10,064 nt of DNA from Escherichia phage CBA6. The notes beneath the pieces are model-generated. The model searched no databases, was not told the origin of the DNA, and saw nothing but the letters and a program-made list of their open reading frames with translations. Position 1 is the first letter of the stretch. Every line of letters begins with the position of its first letter. A program made the position numbers and the translations under genes. The DNA is taken from the sequence record KM389298.1; one strand, written 5' to 3'. This document shows positions 6,947 to 10,064 of the stretch, one piece after another.

Positions 6947-7447
6947 GGTAATAAGTGATACGGTAAAAACCATCGTCCCATCTGTTGTCATTTTTCTTGA
7001 AACTGGGAAGACGCGAGGCTGGCAGAATATCCATTCTTTCTCCATGGACGCCAAGTCCAGCATATCCATTTCTGATTCATCGTCTTTGTTCACAAATTTT
7101 TCTAGAGAACCAAAGACATTAAGCCCCTCTGGGAGTCCGTTTCGATGTTTGTAACAAATGCGAGCAACAGCTCTGGTTCCATACGATTTAGAAAATTGTT
7201 TGGCCACATGCTTCAGTTCGCTGAAACTAAGACAAGAATCCCATGTCTGAAACATGTCTCCTCGTTCAAACATCATCTCCAAACGCGCAACGTCCTCTTT
7301 AGGCAACCCGCGATAAAGTGTGGTCATCTGCGGTTCGCGTAATTCTTGCACCAGACCACGGATGGCAGGGGAAACAGTGCCAGGGCGCATGATGTGGGAC
7401 TTATCATGGACGAGGTAAAATAAATCTTGAATTTGTTGATCGGTCAT
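6941..7447 (-). CDS. Candidate mono-ADP-ribosyltransferase (R-S-ExE class), 168 aa
   Basis: Three motifs in the order and approximate spacing of R-S-E ADP-ribosyltransferases: 'TLYRG' (aromatic-Arg), 'LSFSE' (S-x-S) and 'EKEWIF' (E-x-E followed by hydrophobics). ATG 7447..7445 preceded by AAGGAA. Assignment is from motifs only. Confidence 0.45.
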   Translation of the reverse strand: MTDQQIQDLFYLVHDKSHIMRPGTVSPAIRGLVQELREPQMTTLYRGLPKEDVARLEMMFERGDMFQTWDSCLSFSELKHVAKQFSKSYGTRAVARICYKHRNGLPEGLNVFGSLEKFVNKDDESEMDMLDLASMEKEWIFCQPRVFPVSRKMTTDGTMVFTVSLITL

Positions 7448-7505
7448 GATGTATTTCCTTCATTTCAAATAGGCGGGGTAATCATACCCCACCCTAAGTT
7501 ATAGA
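7436..7505 (-). repeat. Copy B of the ~70-bp regulatory cassette (TATAAC box, stem-loop, shared leader, ATG ACC GAT CAA)
   Basis: Stem-loop GGTGGGGTA-tgat-TACCCCGCC in minus-strand RNA (plus-strand 7472..7493). Identity to copy A covers leader, SD, start codon and codons 2-4. Confidence 0.6.
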
Positions 7506-7506
7506 A

Positions 7507-7746
7507 TTAACTGATGTGCTTCAGAAGAGCGAAGAGGATCGCGGCCTTGGCTTTCACCTTTCCGACGACGCCTGTTTCGACATCGACTTCTTCGGCAACC
7601 CAATCTTTTCCCTTCTTGCTGATGATAACATCGCGGCGCTGGGCATATACTTCTTTGGTCGCATACACACGACGGAACCCTTTAGCGCGGAGCAAGCCCC
7701 AATTACGATCAATCTCCACTGAAGTTTCTACTATTTTGTTCTTCAT
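7507..7746 (-). CDS. Hypothetical small basic protein, 79 aa
   Basis: ORF with ATG 7746..7744 preceded by AAAGGTAAG; lies downstream of the promoter candidate at 7798..7826. No recognisable motif. Confidence 0.55.
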   Translation of the reverse strand: MKNKIVETSVEIDRNWGLLRAKGFRRVYATKEVYAQRRDVIISKKGKDWVAEEVDVETGVVGKVKAKAAILFALLKHIS

Positions 7747-7797
7747 GATATAATCTTACCTTTCAACCTGGTGAACCCATCGTTCGCCAGTTATTGA

Positions 7798-7826
7798 ATA
7801 ATACGCATTTGCCTTATAGAAGTAAA
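7798..7826 (-). promoter_or_regulatory. Candidate sigma70-type early promoter
   Basis: Minus strand: -35 (G)TTTACT at 7826..7821, exactly 17-bp spacer, -10 TATTAT at 7803..7798; sits between a terminator and the 7746 start. Confidence 0.4.
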
Positions 7827-7830
7827 CCCC

Positions 7831-7861
7831 TAAAAGTAAAAATCCCCAACGTTTGTTGGGG
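7831..7861 (-). terminator. Rho-independent terminator downstream of the ACP-like gene
   Basis: Minus-strand RNA: CCCCAAC-aaac-GTTGGGG followed by ATTTTTACTTTT. Confidence 0.6.
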
Positions 7862-7869
7862 ATCTTCAG

Positions 7870-8196
7870 TTACTTGCGCAGGGCAACCACGTATTCGGCA
7901 AGTTCACCCATGGTCGGGTCGTCGCCTTTACCGCCCAGCCAGCCATCAGAGATCTCGACATTGAACTCTTCTTCTAGTTCCATGACGATTTCGATGGCAT
8001 CAAGATCGTCGCCGCCGAGGTCTTTCTTGGTGCGGAGGCCAGCCAGTTTATCCAGGGCGTCATTCATAATCACTTCCGCGTCGACGATGCCTTTGATGCT
8101 GCTCTTGTCTTCGTCACTGACTTCCAGGTTCAGATTGTCAGTGGCGTACTGAGCCAGGTGACGCATTACTTCAACATAAGTTGGTTTGTTTGACAT
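7870..8196 (-). CDS. Acyl carrier protein (ACP)-like protein with Asp in place of the phosphopantetheine-attachment Ser, about 108 aa
   Basis: Core ...KKDLGGDDLDAIEIVMELEEEFNVEISD... aligns with canonical ACP helix II (E. coli ...[27 protein letters not shown]...), but the conserved DSL Ser is Asp (codon GAT at 8015..8013, checked on the DNA). Start taken as ATG 8196..8194; ATG 8202..8200 is an alternative. Confidence 0.7.
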   Translation of the reverse strand: MSNKPTYVEVMRHLAQYATDNLNLEVSDEDKSSIKGIVDAEVIMNDALDKLAGLRTKKDLGGDDLDAIEIVMELEEEFNVEISDGWLGGKGDDPTMGELAEYVVALRK

Positions 8197-8215
8197 AAGC
8201 ATATCTCAAAATGAA

Positions 8216-8231
8216 GGCGGGTTTCCCCGCC
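8216..8231 (-). terminator. Stem-loop between the large upstream gene and the ACP-like gene (weak terminator or RNA processing/stability element)
   Basis: GGCGGG-gaaa-CCCGCC followed on the minus strand by TTCATTTTGAG. Same stem composition and YATTTGA tail as the other intergenic hairpins. Confidence 0.4.
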
Positions 8232-8239
8232 AGTTGAAT

Positions 8240-10064
8240 TTAGATTTTGACTTCTTTTTCAGACAGTTCGGCAGTGACGGTGTATTTCACCCCATCAACT
8301 TCCACATCCATAGTGGATTCTTCCAAATCCAGGTCGGTAAACCAACCATGGCCTGCAACAATCCCATAAACTACCTTGGACAGCGTTTTGTTCAGGGCGC
8401 GGACTTCGTTAATGGCTGCTTTTGCTGCATCACCAATCCAACTTTCGATCAGCTTTTTCTGAGTCTCTTCCGGTACGCTGGTGATCATCGGCGATTTAAC
8501 AAACGCATTGTATTCAGCCAGGGCATTAGCGATCAGCTGATCAGCGACATTCAGTTTTTTACCGTCCGTCTGTTTTTTGATAACAGACGCGATGCTCGGC
8601 AGTGAAGATGCGCCTTTGATTTTCACATTCAATTCACGACTCATATAGACATCGGTTGATTCTACAGAAGAAGTCTTCGGTGAAAATCCATAGTCGCGAA
8701 TGCCGTTTGCTGACAGGAAATCAGCCGCTTCTTTGCCATATTTTGAAGCCAGACCCGTAGCGTTGCCTTTTCCAACCAGTTCATCACGGTAGAATTTCAG
8801 AACTTTCTGTTTTGCCTTCAATGCTTCACGGCGCACATTGTCTGCAAAGAATTCAGCAGCACTGATATTCTTTGTCATGGCGCGGTTAACCATTGGGACA
8901 CTTTCCAGATTTACAATGAAGACTTCCGGCCCACCAAACACATGAACACCCATGGCAGTCAAATCCTGTGCCACCTTAGCCCGAACAATCGGAGAATCTG
9001 CAGTGATAGGCATTGTTTTCAGGTTGATGATACCATCCTTGACAATGGTGTAATTGCGATAACGCCATGTATCCAGCTCTTCAGGAAGTTCATATTTCTT
9101 CTGTACAAACTCGGGCACAACAACCGTTCCGTGTTGAACTGTCTGCACACTGATGTTAGGACGTTCTGAATTATAGACCAAATTGCTGATCGGGACAATC
9201 CCTTTATCATCTGCTGGATTGAATTCCGGCGTCCAATCTTCGTGCTCGGCCAGTTTGAGCGCCAGGGCTTTACGCTCTTCTTTAGAAGTCGCATTCGCAA
9301 TCTCTTCGGCCAACTTGTCTTCGGTGTCGTCAACTTTTTGTATAGTACCGCGCCCAATGCTCTTGTAAGAGAATAGCGGATGCTTGGTGACGATAGAGAC
9401 ATCTGCTTCAGCCAAATACGTCAGAACATCAACAATGGTGGTGGCGTCTTCAGCCGGAACCATATTATAATCGATGCCATCAACTCCTCGCAGAGATTCG
9501 TCTACGATAGCCTGAGTCAGATCGACTTTGATGTTGGAGTAATCCTGCTTGGTGAAACAGTTGCTGTATTGTTTGATGAAGCGGACGTCACCCGTTTTCT
9601 TCAGCGCAGCCCAAACCAAATCTGCGTCCATGGTATACACGCCGTAAAATGCCAGCACGTATGCCGCTTGGATGTCTGCCAGATTATCCAGCTGGTCGAT
9701 CATGTTGGGGTTTACAACCCACAGCTGAGAAACGCTTTCAGGGATGCTGACGTGGCCAATAGGGTGCTCTTCATCAGGATGCACGGCTAAAACAGTCGCC
9801 ACGCCATTTTCAACATAAATGGCATGGGTGTAAACCAGGGGAACATCGACCACCACTTTCGGTGAAGAAGTTTTTAGCACGTTTTCCAATTCGGTCTGAT
9901 ATTCATTCTGGCCTTCAGCGAATACGTGGGTCGCACCAGAACGTTCTGCCATTAGCGCCAGCAGTTCGCGATTACAATACCAACCGTATTCGATGAAGGT
10001 AATGTTATCAAACGCTTTGGGCAGTACTTCAGCGGCATCCAGGATTTCATTAGAACGCCAGCAG
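8240..10064 (-). CDS. Large hypothetical protein (at least 570 aa in window, probably longer); N-terminus likely beyond the right edge
   Basis: ORF 8240..9952 in the track; the same frame stays open with protein-like sequence (…SNEILDAAEVLPKAFDNITFIEYGWYCNRELLAL-MAERSG…) from 9953 to 10064, and no SD precedes ATG 9952. No Walker A, polymerase, ligase or other catalytic motif recognised. Confidence 0.6.
   Translation of the reverse strand, partial: CWRSNEILDAAEVLPKAFDNITFIEYGWYCNRELLALMAERSGATHVFAEGQNEYQTELENVLKTSSPKVVVDVPLVYTHAIYVENGVATVLAVHPDEEHPIGHVSIPESVSQLWVVNPNMIDQLDNLADIQAAYVLAFYGVYTMDADLVWAALKKTGDVRFIKQYSNCFTKQDYSNIKVDLTQAIVDESLRGVDGIDYNMVPAEDATTIVDVLTYLAEADVSIVTKHPLFSYKSIGRGTIQKVDDTEDKLAEEIANATSKEERKALALKLAEHEDWTPEFNPADDKGIVPISNLVYNSERPNISVQTVQHGTVVVPEFVQKKYELPEELDTWRYRNYTIVKDGIINLKTMPITADSPIVRAKVAQDLTAMGVHVFGGPEVFIVNLESVPMVNRAMTKNISAAEFFADNVRREALKAKQKVLKFYRDELVGKGNATGLASKYGKEAADFLSANGIRDYGFSPKTSSVESTDVYMSRELNVKIKGASSLPSIASVIKKQTDGKKLNVADQLIANALAEYNAFVKSPMITSVPEETQKKLIESWIGDAAKAAINEVRALNKTLSKVVYGIVAGHGWFTDLDLEESTMDVEVDGVKYTVTAELSEKEVKI

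Noticed and set aside
7853-8152. Plus-strand ORF of 99 aa, Ser-rich
   Set aside because: Antisense to the ACP-like gene; its low-complexity Ser/Pro runs are the complement of the acidic Glu/Asp-rich ACP codons.
8194-8205. ATGCTTA resembling a T4 middle-promoter MotA box
   Set aside because: It overlaps the ACP-like start codon itself, leaving no room for a downstream -10 and transcript start.
9019-9402. Minus-strand ORF of 127 aa, out of frame inside the large gene
   Set aside because: Overlaps the 570-aa frame entirely; basic low-complexity composition and no independent start signals.
8186-9790. Plus-strand ORFs at 8186..8605, 8942..9169, 9183..9368 and 9380..9790
   Set aside because: All lie inside the long minus-strand ORF 8240..10064 and lack ribosome-binding sites; treated as antisense shadows.
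8240-10064. Assigning the large protein to a named family (NAMPT-like, ribonucleotide reductase, ligase/nucleotidyltransferase, polymerase, tail sheath)
   Set aside because: None of the signature motifs I can recall for these families (KxDG, Walker A, glycine-radical tail, polymerase Asp motifs) could be found by eye; left as hypothetical.
1-10064. CRISPR arrays, tRNA/rRNA genes, IS elements or integrase
   Set aside because: No regularly spaced direct repeats, no tRNA-like T-arm/acceptor structure in the longer intergenic gaps, and no transposase or integrase motifs in any frame inspected.

Overview
This window reads as a densely packed, strictly unidirectional block of 16 protein-coding genes, all on the minus strand, with the character of a virulent-phage early or accessory region. 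Supporting features are short or overlapping gene junctions (TGATG, TAAnATG, ATGA), strong Shine-Dalgarno sites, GC-rich stem-loops between genes and a duplicated regulatory cassette; no rRNA, tRNA, CRISPR array or transposase was found. All plus-strand ORFs in the track look like antisense shadows. Recognisable products, judged by motif only since no database search was possible, are an XPD/DinG-type Fe-S helicase (5' part), an HU-family protein, an SPFH/band-7 lipoprotein ending a five-gene translationally coupled module, two exported proteins, a ParB/Srx-like protein, a candidate R-S-ExE ADP-ribosyltransferase and an acyl-carrier-protein homolog whose phosphopantetheine-attachment Ser is replaced by Asp. 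The ACP-like gene is followed by a large protein with no recognisable motifs that runs off the right edge. The most notable candidates for something undescribed are the Ser-to-Asp ACP mimic with its large neighbour, and the ADP-ribosyltransferase-like gene with a small downstream gene sharing a duplicated leader cassette. Host and phage family cannot be determined from sequence alone.
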